Position numbers and translations under genes: made by a program
Source: a virus
Lineage: Duplodnaviria; Heunggongvirae; Uroviricota; Caudoviricetes
DNA: 33,401 nt
Virus record (IMG/VR): IMGVR_UViG_2724679239_000006
Reading direction: 5' to 3' (one strand)
The notes under the pieces: model-generated
What the model saw: the letters and a program-made list of their open reading frames with translations, nothing else
Databases searched by the model: none
What the model was told of the DNA's origin: nothing
In this document: piece after piece, positions 1-7,911 of the stretch
Position numbering within the stretch: the first letter of the stretch is position 1
Layout: every line of letters begins with the position of its first letter

Positions 1-1002
1 TTACCCTCTATTGTCAAAAGGGTTCAATTCAACTGCAGCCTCTAAATGACCTGGAGCAAAATGCGCATAACGCATAGTCATTTTTATATCGCTATGCCCC
101 AGTATTTTTTGCAACACAAGAATATTTCCTCCCCGCATCATAAAATGACTGGCAAACGTGTGACGTAGCACATGAGTTAATTGCCCATCAGGAAGCTCGA
201 TCTTCGCTCTCTTAATTGCAGCGTCAAAAGCCTCATAACATGGTGAAAATAACGCTCCTCGTTTTTTAGGAAGCATAGCCTGCAATTGAGGTGAAATCGG
301 TACAGTGCGGTTCTTCTTTCCTTTAGTTTTAACAAATGTGATTCGACCGGGCAGCACTTGAGATTGCTTTAATCCTTCAGCTTCACTCCACCGAGCACCA
401 GTCGCAAGCCCAATACGGACAACAACCCCCAAATCTTTATTCCGTGACTCATCACACGCAATCAGAAGGCGTTCAATCTCATCTACATACAGAAACGCCA
501 ATTCCTTTTCTTCCTCACGAAACTTGCGAATGCCAGTCAGGGGGTTTTCACCAGACCACTCCCCAAGGCGCTTCAGTTCGGCAAAAACAGCATGTAGATA
601 TGACTGCTCGCGATTAACGGTTGCTTCACTAAGTTTTTTCTTCCCCTTGGGATTCCATTCTCCTGATAACCTCCTTTCCCGATAAGTAGCAAACATATTT
701 TTGTCAAACTGAGAAGCAAATGGATCTCCCAGCCTGGAACAAATAGACTCAAGTTTGACTTTGCGCTCTGCACCAGAGGACAAGGTTTTACCGTACATCT
801 CAAACCAACGAGCAACCAACTCAGAAAGACGAGGACCAGAACCATCTTGAAACTCGTCTCCAACTCTACTATTCATTAAACGGCGCTCATAAGAGAGCGC
901 CTCACTTTTTGTCGCAAACTGTTTACGAATACGTTTTCCCGATGCCCCGTAAGGATAACATTCGCAAAGCCATTTACCTGATGGAATCTTACGAACCGAC
1001 AT
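1..1002 (-). CDS. int: Phage tyrosine integrase (P2 Int-like)
   Basis: 333-aa ORF ending at window position 1; C-terminal catalytic region with HVLRHTFASH...LGHSDIKMTMRYAHF (R-H-R-Y type motifs); sits at the prophage end next to the repressor as in P2. Confidence 0.9.
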   Translation of the reverse strand: MSVRKIPSGKWLCECYPYGASGKRIRKQFATKSEALSYERRLMNSRVGDEFQDGSGPRLSELVARWFEMYGKTLSSGAERKVKLESICSRLGDPFASQFDKNMFATYRERRLSGEWNPKGKKKLSEATVNREQSYLHAVFAELKRLGEWSGENPLTGIRKFREEEKELAFLYVDEIERLLIACDESRNKDLGVVVRIGLATGARWSEAEGLKQSQVLPGRITFVKTKGKKNRTVPISPQLQAMLPKKRGALFSPCYEAFDAAIKRAKIELPDGQLTHVLRHTFASHFMMRGGNILVLQKILGHSDIKMTMRYAHFAPGHLEAAVELNPFDNRG

Positions 1003-1007
1003 TTTAG

Positions 1008-1355
1008 TTACTTATCACATAAATCAAATGCAGCCTTAGTGACATCTCCCAGATTCTTTTTTAACCCTGGGGCGGCATCATTATCCAGCCAAAATGGATT
1101 ATTGTTATCTAACGGTAACGCACCAAATGTTTTACCTTTTATTCGAGCCAAACCTGTAAGCGCATATAACTTATTATCGTCAAAATTCATCACATAAGGA
1201 TTACCATCTAGACACTGTAACTGAACCTCATCAGTATTAAATGGCCATACCCCATTGAAACTCTCACGTTCAATATTTTTAAAAGGCATTGCGACGGCAG
1301 AAAAAGAAAACATAGATAAAAAAGTAACTAATAGTTGAACATTTTTTACTTTCAT
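1008..1355 (-). CDS. Hypothetical secreted protein (N-terminal signal peptide), lysogeny-side accessory gene
   Basis: 115-aa ORF; N-terminus MKVKNVQLLVTFLSMFSFSAVA looks like a Sec signal peptide; lies between the repressor operon and int. Confidence 0.55.
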   Translation of the reverse strand: MKVKNVQLLVTFLSMFSFSAVAMPFKNIERESFNGVWPFNTDEVQLQCLDGNPYVMNFDDNKLYALTGLARIKGKTFGALPLDNNNPFWLDNDAAPGLKKNLGDVTKAAFDLCDK

Positions 1356-1384
1356 ACCATTACCTCAATTTAGCTCAAGTAAGA

Positions 1385-2035
1385 TTACAAATTAAAAAAC
1401 ATCCTAGAAATGGCACCACCTACCACCCCCCCTACGCAGATAAAGAATATTATTTCTTTTGGATAAAGTCGGATTAATTCTGAAGCACGAAGTCGGACTT
1501 CTGGTAAGGTCGAATTCTCTGTGTTGCTTGATACCGATTGTTGCTCTAACCACGACAATGCAGACTGCAACTGAGAACGAGTAAGATCGTTTAAACGTCC
1601 TGTACCGAAATTGATATGGCAATACCGCAGAAGTTTTTGTCGAAGTCCACAGTCTTCACTGTTACGTAGTAATAAACTTACAAGAGCCTTACAGGCATCA
1701 TGATCTTTACATCGCTCAAGCATTGCATGCAGAAAACTCTCCGCTGTTTTATATTGATTTACTGTCATATCATCAATACCAGCTACACCAATCTCCGCAT
1801 GTACTTTTTGCCAAATAATAAACGCTTCAGTATTGCTAGCTTCTGCAATCGCAGCAACCAAGCTATTTAGCTCCTTACGCTGAGCCTTAAGCAAAGGGCG
1901 ATCGTCATCATCATTATTCGAAGGGATTGCGATATTGACGGTATGAGAACCATCATATCGCCCTATCTGAATATTCTTTTCGTGAAAATCACGCCCAGCA
2001 ACGCGATTGTTTGAACCGTTTGAGTTGACGGCCAT
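1385..2035 (-). CDS. Hypothetical protein with C-terminal transmembrane anchor, lysogeny-side accessory gene
   Basis: 216-aa ORF with its own RBS (GGAGGTGAC before ATG); hydrophobic C-terminus IIFFICVGGVVGGAISRMFF; N-terminal motif NNRVAGRDF mirrors the C-terminus of the upstream repressor. Confidence 0.6.
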   Translation of the reverse strand: MAVNSNGSNNRVAGRDFHEKNIQIGRYDGSHTVNIAIPSNNDDDDRPLLKAQRKELNSLVAAIAEASNTEAFIIWQKVHAEIGVAGIDDMTVNQYKTAESFLHAMLERCKDHDACKALVSLLLRNSEDCGLRQKLLRYCHINFGTGRLNDLTRSQLQSALSWLEQQSVSSNTENSTLPEVRLRASELIRLYPKEIIFFICVGGVVGGAISRMFFNL

Positions 2036-2050
2036 GTCACCTCCCTACTA

Positions 2051-2455
2051 TCACCTACCCTTAGTTTCGTTATAGTCACGCCCAGCGATACGGTTATTAC
2101 CGCCAGAAATATTTAACTCACGTCCTGATGGCTGAGTTTCCTTTTCACTGGCCGCACCTTTTAAAGCCCCGATCACCGCGTTTTTCACATCTAACGAAGC
2201 TGCTCGAAAGCGAGTAATCAACTCCTGCTCATCATCGTTATAAGTTTCAGGTGAGTGAATTCCCAACACAACATACTGAACATCAAGGCCAAAACGAGAC
2301 AGCGCTGCCAAATACGCAGCATCAGGAAAGCTATCTCCTTTCTCATATCTAAGCTGAGTTAGCTTTTTGACTCCACCAATGTCGCTCATAGCAACTTGAC
2401 TAAGTCCCAATCTTTCCCTTTCCTCACGCAACCTCTGACCAATATCATTTTTCAT
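2051..2455 (-). CDS. Prophage immunity repressor, HTH XRE/Cro-C1 family (P2 C analogue)
   Basis: 134 aa; N-terminal helix-turn-helix QRLREERERLGLSQVAMSDIGGVKKLTQLRYEKG; divergent from the early operon and co-oriented with int as in P2. Confidence 0.75.
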   Translation of the reverse strand: MKNDIGQRLREERERLGLSQVAMSDIGGVKKLTQLRYEKGDSFPDAAYLAALSRFGLDVQYVVLGIHSPETYNDDEQELITRFRAASLDVKNAVIGALKGAASEKETQPSGRELNISGGNNRIAGRDYNETKGR

Positions 2456-2464
2456 ACAAAAACC

Positions 2465-2493
2465 TTGACAGGTATCTTTTTTGATACCAAAAT
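2465..2493 (+). promoter_or_regulatory. Candidate early promoter (-35 TTGACA at 2465..2470) with 18-bp operator palindrome GGTATC-N6-GATACC (2471..2488)
   Basis: Consensus -35 hexamer followed directly by a perfect inverted repeat in the divergent repressor/early-operon intergenic region; -10 element weak (CAAAAT) and uncertain. Confidence 0.35.
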
Positions 2494-2530
2494 GATTTCA
2501 CGAGCTATTAGATGATCACAATATATCACT

Positions 2531-2737
2531 ATGAAACAAGTTCTTCACGATACCAGATCACGCATTCCGCGTAACACCGCCACAGGTCCAAGACTGGCAC
2601 TTCGGCTGTCCCTCGAGGAGCGAGCCGTCATTGATGAAATGGCAGCTAAAGAACAACGCTCATCCTCTAACATGGCGCGCATGATCTTCCTTCGCGGCCT
2701 AGAGCTAACCCAGAAAGAACAAAACAAATCTTCCTGA
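2531..2737 (+). CDS. Ribbon-helix-helix DNA-binding protein, first gene of early operon (Cro/Cox-role candidate)
   Basis: 68 aa; beta-strand plus two helices pattern PRLALRLSLEERAVIDEMAAKEQRSSSNMARMIFLRGLE typical of Arc/CopG/ParD-type RHH proteins. Confidence 0.5.
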   Translation: MKQVLHDTRSRIPRNTATGPRLALRLSLEERAVIDEMAAKEQRSSSNMARMIFLRGLELTQKEQNKSS

Positions 2738-2753
2738 TCAGGAGGCTAATGGG

Positions 2754-2957
2754 ATGTCAGGTATAACCATCAATATCAATGTGAATGCCCCCTATGTATC
2801 CCTGCAGAAATATGCAGAGATAACAGGTATCCCTCTTAATACATGCAAAAAGATGTTGGCTGACGGTCGAATTATTATCCGACCCAAACGCGCCAAAATG
2901 GAAAAGCCTGAAGTAAACCTTGTGGCGATGTTAAAAGACGCTTTGGCTAACAGCTAA
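2754..2957 (+). CDS. Small HTH protein, excisionase/AlpA-Cox-like
   Basis: 67 aa; YVSLQKYAEITGIPLNTCKKMLADGRIIIRP resembles excisionase/AlpA-type HTH; RBS AGGAGG upstream. Confidence 0.45.
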   Translation: MSGITININVNAPYVSLQKYAEITGIPLNTCKKMLADGRIIIRPKRAKMEKPEVNLVAMLKDALANS

Positions 2958-2978
2958 AACAATGAACAGAGCATCATC

Positions 2979-3329
2979 ATGAAAAAAAACACTAATATTC
3001 CATACTCCAAATTTCGTAATGGCGTAGAACGCCACGCTAACCGTTTCGCTATCAGTACATCACGTAGCAACACTCGCTACAGCCTGAGCGAAACACACGC
3101 TACACCTGATGGCCATCCCGTAAAACAAATTGGTGAACACACCTGGCTGATTGAGAAAGCTGGAATCGTGGTTCACAGATGCCAACGCAACCCATTTACC
3201 GGAAACCGCATTTTTGCTCTGAGCAACGGCGACAATCAGTTTGGACAGGATTTCACGTTGTACGAAGCTCTGCGCACGGTTGATCGTCTGCTGCGTGGAC
3301 AGAATTTCATTAAACAGGCTGATTTATAA
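2979..3329 (+). CDS. Hypothetical early protein
   Basis: 116-aa ORF in early operon; no recognisable motif. Confidence 0.45.
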   Translation: MKKNTNIPYSKFRNGVERHANRFAISTSRSNTRYSLSETHATPDGHPVKQIGEHTWLIEKAGIVVHRCQRNPFTGNRIFALSNGDNQFGQDFTLYEALRTVDRLLRGQNFIKQADL

Positions 3330-3339
3330 CAGGTGCTTT

Positions 3340-3618
3340 ATGACCAAAGACCATGCTCAGGGTGTATTTATCCGCTTTATTGATTTTCGCGGTGAGCTGT
3401 TGTTGCGCGCATCAGCTATTGATGGAGTGGTTCCGGTAGATAAAAGCACGGCCACTTACATTTATCTGAACGGCACACGCCTGACCGTAGAGATTCCATA
3501 TCAACCCGTATGCGAAATTATTAGAGAAGCTGAAAAAGCACGTCAGGTTAATAGCGATAAACCCTATCTCGAAATTATCTGCATGGATTCAGAAGCTGAA
3601 ATTCAGAAGGCAGATTAA
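3340..3618 (+). CDS. Hypothetical early protein
   Basis: ATG at 3340 (MTKDHAQ...) chosen within track ORF 3241..3618 to avoid overlap with upstream gene; 92 aa. Confidence 0.45.
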   Translation: MTKDHAQGVFIRFIDFRGELLLRASAIDGVVPVDKSTATYIYLNGTRLTVEIPYQPVCEIIREAEKARQVNSDKPYLEIICMDSEAEIQKAD

Positions 3619-3629
3619 AGGGCGTTGCG

Positions 3630-3872
3630 ATGGATAAAGAATATAAAACTCTCGTCAATAAAGCACTTGAGCGCTTTCATTTTCGCTTAAACGCATCAGG
3701 CGCTCATGCTGAACGCGCAGCCCGAGAGTCATTGACCAGAGCTATCAAGAGTATATACGACACGGCTTTTTACGTTGACGACCCGGACGCGCTCGACGAG
3801 CTTTCCGTACTCGTCTGCGCCGCAGAAAACGGGGACCATATTGAGCCATATAAACTGGGAAATATTGCATGA
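3630..3872 (+). CDS. Hypothetical early protein
   Basis: 80-aa ORF, compact spacing in early operon. Confidence 0.45.
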   Translation: MDKEYKTLVNKALERFHFRLNASGAHAERAARESLTRAIKSIYDTAFYVDDPDALDELSVLVCAAENGDHIEPYKLGNIA

Positions 3873-3982
3873 GTATATTTATCTCATGGCTTGTTCTGAT
3901 TATTTCGGTGGCCTGCGCTATTGGGATTATGCGAATTATTAATTCAGTAAAAAAGATTGAACGCTTTTTCACTGAAGAATAA
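3869..3982 (+). CDS. Small hydrophobic membrane peptide (37 aa)
   Basis: ATGA start/stop overlap with upstream ORF; translation MSIFISWLVLIISVACAIGIMRIINSVKKIERFFTEE is a single predicted TM helix; below the 60-aa cutoff of the ORF track. Confidence 0.3.
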   Translation: MSIFISWLVLIISVACAIGIMRIINSVKKIERFFTEE

Positions 3983-4068
3983 CCGCGCAAATAAGACTCC
4001 AGGTTAAATAAGAAAATGTGAAAACAATCCGCATTCGCGGAGGTATTCGCACACGCCAAGGAGGCGTA

Positions 4069-4272
4069 ATGGCAATTAAGCATTTTCCTGTCGTTCGTTT
4101 CACCTCCAGAGGACGTGAATACGAAGTTGACGAACGCCTGATTACCACAATCGACAAACACCGTTCAGAAAAGGATGCACATCACATCTATCTCACTGAC
4201 GGTACTTACTTCTGCGCCACCAACGTGGTGCAGGTGAATCTTATCAGACAGGTACAGGAGTCACGCAGATGA
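4069..4272 (+). CDS. Hypothetical early protein
   Basis: Strong RBS AAGGAGG 5 nt before ATG at 4069; 67 aa. Confidence 0.5.
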   Translation: MAIKHFPVVRFTSRGREYEVDERLITTIDKHRSEKDAHHIYLTDGTYFCATNVVQVNLIRQVQESRR

Positions 4273-4514
4273 CCATTCTGGACTACATCGCTGCCAATCC
4301 GGGTTGTAGCGGTGGAGAAATCGCCGCAGCACTGAATACACCAACCACAACCATTAATGCGGAGCTACGCCGTCTCTGGCGCAGCGGTTCAGTCATAAGA
4401 AAAGAGCGCAAAACAGGCGGTCGCTTTTCTTATCAGGTAAACCCGATGCCGTTTGGGTGTAGCAACCCTCTAACCCAGATGTTCAACCAGCTACTGAGAG
4501 AAATCAGAGCATGA
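4269..4514 (+). CDS. Putative winged-helix DNA-binding protein
   Basis: ATGA overlap with upstream ORF; 81 aa; GEIAAALNTPTTTINAELRRLWRSGSV resembles a wHTH recognition helix region. Confidence 0.45.
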   Translation: MTILDYIAANPGCSGGEIAAALNTPTTTINAELRRLWRSGSVIRKERKTGGRFSYQVNPMPFGCSNPLTQMFNQLLREIRA

Positions 4515-4655
4515 GCACCTCCAACTGCCGGAAACCACGTCGGGCTTCAGCAGCTCATCCGGCAGCAAAACAAACTCCGTTAATTCCTGTTCCGGGCCTT
4601 TCCTGCACCTTGCGGCAAGAGGCCTTCGCACATCTGCAACAAGAGGATTGCCGCA

Positions 4656-5021
4656 ATGATTCTCGCCGAAGACTTTTTTGATTACCTGCTGAAAACCGAG
4701 CGCGATTTTGGTATTCGCGTTCTCGACCGCTATGCAATGTATCTGAAATCACTGCCGGAACAGCAGCTCCCGGACGGCCAGATTGTTATTGACGGGCGCT
4801 ACATGGTTGGTAGCTGCCAGGAGGATTACACACTTTCCCGCATCGAAAGCGGCACGCCTTCCGTACTGGGTATTTACCAGCGAACTTCATCTCTGATTGC
4901 TGATGTAATTGCTGACAGCATTCGCATAACACACCGTTATGCCAGCACAGAGAGCACCATGCAGGAAATCCAGCGGCTGGCTACCGTCTGCCACAATGCA
5001 CTGAGCGGAAAGGCGGAGTAG
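4656..5021 (+). CDS. Hypothetical early protein
   Basis: 121-aa ORF immediately upstream of replication gene A. Confidence 0.45.
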   Translation: MILAEDFFDYLLKTERDFGIRVLDRYAMYLKSLPEQQLPDGQIVIDGRYMVGSCQEDYTLSRIESGTPSVLGIYQRTSSLIADVIADSIRITHRYASTESTMQEIQRLATVCHNALSGKAE

Positions 5022-5026
5022 TCGGC

Positions 5027-7810
5027 GTGGCAACGGAGTACATCAGAGACTGGCAACAACCACGCCATGCAGTCGGTCGCGAGGGAACGGGGGAGCCTGT
5101 CCGCCCCTCCCTTCTTTCTTCCTGGCTGGATGCCTACCGGGCAGAGAACGAGCGCCGCCAGGAAATGGCTGATGCGGCGTTCTCCGCTGCACCACTGGGC
5201 AATCTGATTAATAAAAGCCTGGACGCACAGGAAAAACAGGACAAAGTCATCACACTGGCAAGAGAAGCCAGAAAGCAGGCACGCGGTGCGGTGGATGAAG
5301 CCATGGCCTCGCTGCGTCTGCTGCCGTCCTATCTGCGTGATCCGCTTATCCGCCATCTCTCTTTCCTGCGCAAAAAACAGGAATCTGGCCACCAGAAAGG
5401 CAAAAAGAACCAGCAGGCGGAACGCTATGCGAGCGGAACCCTGCGCAAAATATTCGAACGCCTGGCCCGCACCGACCGTCGCTGGCTGACTCCGGGTTAT
5501 CGCTCCCTTGCCGGACGTGAACGTCTGGACGATTTGCTGTACCTGCCACAGCTCAACAAGCACCAGATACAGACGCTGGCCGTCATGACGGCGGCAATGT
5601 TCAGCAGCACCTTCGAAAAACTCTGCGATGGCTGTGGCGCGACCGACGGCGAGCTGACCATGGATATAACGCTGAAGGCGTATCAGATGCTGGCCCGCAT
5701 GGCGTTACATCTGCACACAGTGCCGCCGCATTATGACGCACTGACAACAGACAAAGACCGGAAGAACGAACCGGACACGGAACTGCTGCCGGGTGCAATC
5801 CTCCGCCTGACCTGTGCGGACTGGTGGAAACGCAAACTGTGGCTTTTACGTTGCGAATGGAGAGAGGAACAACTCCGCGCTGCCTGTCTGGTTTCCAGAA
5901 AAACATCACCCTATCTGAGTCAGGACGCATTAAGTGAATTTCGCGCACAGCGCGAGAAAACACGCGATTTCCTGAAAAGTTTCATGCTGGAAAATGAAGA
6001 CGGGTTCACGATTGATCTCGAGACAGTGTATTACGCGGGAGTAAGTAACCCGGTCCACCGTAAGGCAGAAATGATGGCCACCATGAAGGGACTGGAACTT
6101 CTGGCCGAAGCCCGTGGCGACAGAGCGGTGTTTCTGACTGTCACCTGCCCGTCAAAATACCACGCTACAACAGAGAACGGTCATCCGAATCCCAAATGGA
6201 ACGGCGCCACCATGCGCGATTCCAGTGATTACCTGGTTAACACTTTTTTTAAGGCGGTCCGCAAAAAACTGAATCGCGACGGCCTGCGCTGGTATGGCAT
6301 CCGCACGGTGGAGCCACACCATGACGGCACCGTGCACTGGCACATGATGGTCTTTGCACATCCTGAAGAAATCGACAGCATCGTGGACATCACCCGTGAT
6401 ATTGCCATTCGCGAAGACCGCCACGAGCTGGGCAATGACATAACTCCGCGCTTTAAGGCAGAGTACGTCGACGGTTCGAAAGGTACGCCGACCAGCTACA
6501 TCGCCACCTACATCGGAAAGAACCTGGACAGCCGCGCCGTGGATGGCATTGACCCGAAAACAGGCAAGCCACGCGTTGATCACGAAACCGGAAAATCAAT
6601 GGCCGAGAGCGTGGAACGCGCCATCGGCTGGGCGCGCCTTCACCGCGTCCGCCAGTTCCAGTTCTTTGGTATCCCCTCCCGTCAGGTATGGCGTGAACTC
6701 CGCCGCCTTGCCAGTCAGATGGCCCGCAACCCGGAAGGTCCACAACGTCTGGAAAATGACGCAATGGATGCGGTACTCGCTGCCGCTGATGCCGGGTGTT
6801 TTGCCACCTACATTGAGAAACAGGGTGGCGTACTTGTTCCACGCAAGGATTACCTGATTCGCACCGCCTACGACCTCGCAGAAGAGCTGAACGATTACGG
6901 CGAGCAAAGCGTACAGATTTACGGGATCTGGTCGCCACAAATCGGGGAATCTTCCCGCGTGTGCACGCACCCGGATAACTGGAAGCTGGTAAGACGTAAA
7001 CCGGAAGCGGAAGACAGCGCCCGCGAAAATGGTTTTGACCTTCAGGGCGGCCCTGCCGCCCCTTGGACTCGTGGCAATAACTGTCCCCGTGTACAGGAAA
7101 CGGACAACAACGGGACAGAACGGCCAGCACCGTGGCCGCAGCTTCCTGACGGCGTTGATGTGGATGAATGGATGCGCTCACTGAAACGGCACGAAAGCCG
7201 GGCGCTGATGCGTTCGCTGCGTGACAAACAGGCAAAAAACAACAGTGATGAAATGCAGAACTGGACACAGAGCCGCAAACAGCCGCGGCCTTTGCCTGAT
7301 AACCACGAGTTACTCGCTAAAGAATGGCGGGAGTCTGCCGAATCTCTCGGCCTGCATATCGGTGAACAACAGATGCAGCACCTGTTACGGGGCGGCAGTC
7401 TGTACGTTGACGGCAGCATCATTGCACCGCAGGGATTTGAAATTGTACGTAAACCGGATACCCGACCGGACAGCCGAATCACACAACTCTGGCAGCGCCT
7501 GAGCCGTAATCACGGCGTAAACAGCACGGAAATCCGCCATAACCCGGTTTCCAGCTATCTGAAACAGCTCGGGGCATCAGACCCAGAAGCCGCCGCACGC
7601 CTGGCATCCACAATTCAGCAGGACCAGAACACCATGAAAACACCCGTTACCGTACTTTCTGACATGCTGCGCACCATCCGTGACGCAGAGCACGCACAGA
7701 GAATCAGTGAAACCACTGAACGCGCCCGCCGCAAAGCAGACCTGCTGCGGTGGCCTGACCAGCGAAAACAAAAAACAGACAGAAACGGGATTCACAAATC
7801 CCGTAAATGA
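5027..7810 (+). CDS. A: Rolling-circle replication initiation protein (P2 gpA-like)
   Basis: 927-aa ORF (GTG start at 5027; true start uncertain); HUH-type motif GTVHWHMMVFAH and tyrosine-rich motif SYIATYIGKN typical of P2 A/phiX A-type relaxases. Confidence 0.85.
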   Translation: MATEYIRDWQQPRHAVGREGTGEPVRPSLLSSWLDAYRAENERRQEMADAAFSAAPLGNLINKSLDAQEKQDKVITLAREARKQARGAVDEAMASLRLLPSYLRDPLIRHLSFLRKKQESGHQKGKKNQQAERYASGTLRKIFERLARTDRRWLTPGYRSLAGRERLDDLLYLPQLNKHQIQTLAVMTAAMFSSTFEKLCDGCGATDGELTMDITLKAYQMLARMALHLHTVPPHYDALTTDKDRKNEPDTELLPGAILRLTCADWWKRKLWLLRCEWREEQLRAACLVSRKTSPYLSQDALSEFRAQREKTRDFLKSFMLENEDGFTIDLETVYYAGVSNPVHRKAEMMATMKGLELLAEARGDRAVFLTVTCPSKYHATTENGHPNPKWNGATMRDSSDYLVNTFFKAVRKKLNRDGLRWYGIRTVEPHHDGTVHWHMMVFAHPEEIDSIVDITRDIAIREDRHELGNDITPRFKAEYVDGSKGTPTSYIATYIGKNLDSRAVDGIDPKTGKPRVDHETGKSMAESVERAIGWARLHRVRQFQFFGIPSRQVWRELRRLASQMARNPEGPQRLENDAMDAVLAAADAGCFATYIEKQGGVLVPRKDYLIRTAYDLAEELNDYGEQSVQIYGIWSPQIGESSRVCTHPDNWKLVRRKPEAEDSARENGFDLQGGPAAPWTRGNNCPRVQETDNNGTERPAPWPQLPDGVDVDEWMRSLKRHESRALMRSLRDKQAKNNSDEMQNWTQSRKQPRPLPDNHELLAKEWRESAESLGLHIGEQQMQHLLRGGSLYVDGSIIAPQGFEIVRKPDTRPDSRITQLWQRLSRNHGVNSTEIRHNPVSSYLKQLGASDPEAAARLASTIQQDQNTMKTPVTVLSDMLRTIRDAEHAQRISETTERARRKADLLRWPDQRKQKTDRNGIHKSRK

Positions 7811-7880
7811 GCGAAAAACACGCCGCGATATATGAAACGCGCACAAAACAGGCAAAAGCGGGATTTCAGAATCCCGTAAA
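7785..7880. promoter_or_regulatory. Two copies of a 23-bp motif CGGGATT-N5-AATCCCGTAAA (7785..7807 and 7858..7880) bracketing the probable parM promoter
   Basis: Direct repeat of an internally palindromic motif; first copy overlaps the 3' end of gene A, second lies about 30 bp upstream of the parM start. Confidence 0.35.
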
Positions 7881-7911
7881 CGATTAATTAATCAACATAA
7901 GGAAAATCGAC

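Noticed and set aside
573-863. 96-aa ORF on the minus strand, and similar short ORFs (1404..1622, 2545..2727)
   Set aside because: Fully embedded in alternative frames of well-supported genes (integrase, accessory protein, RHH gene); no RBS or motif support
2036-2050. Possibility that the repressor and the downstream 216-aa protein are one gene joined by readthrough or frameshift
   Set aside because: Although both are in the same frame, three consecutive stop codons (TGA TAG TAG) intervene and the second ORF has its own RBS and ATG
5286-7502. Multiple ORFs in alternative and antisense frames within replication gene A (for example 6453..7268 at 271 aa, 6152..6583, 7042..7482)
   Set aside because: Arg/Pro/Cys-rich low-complexity translations typical of off-frame reading of GC-rich coding sequence; overlap a gene with clear catalytic motifs
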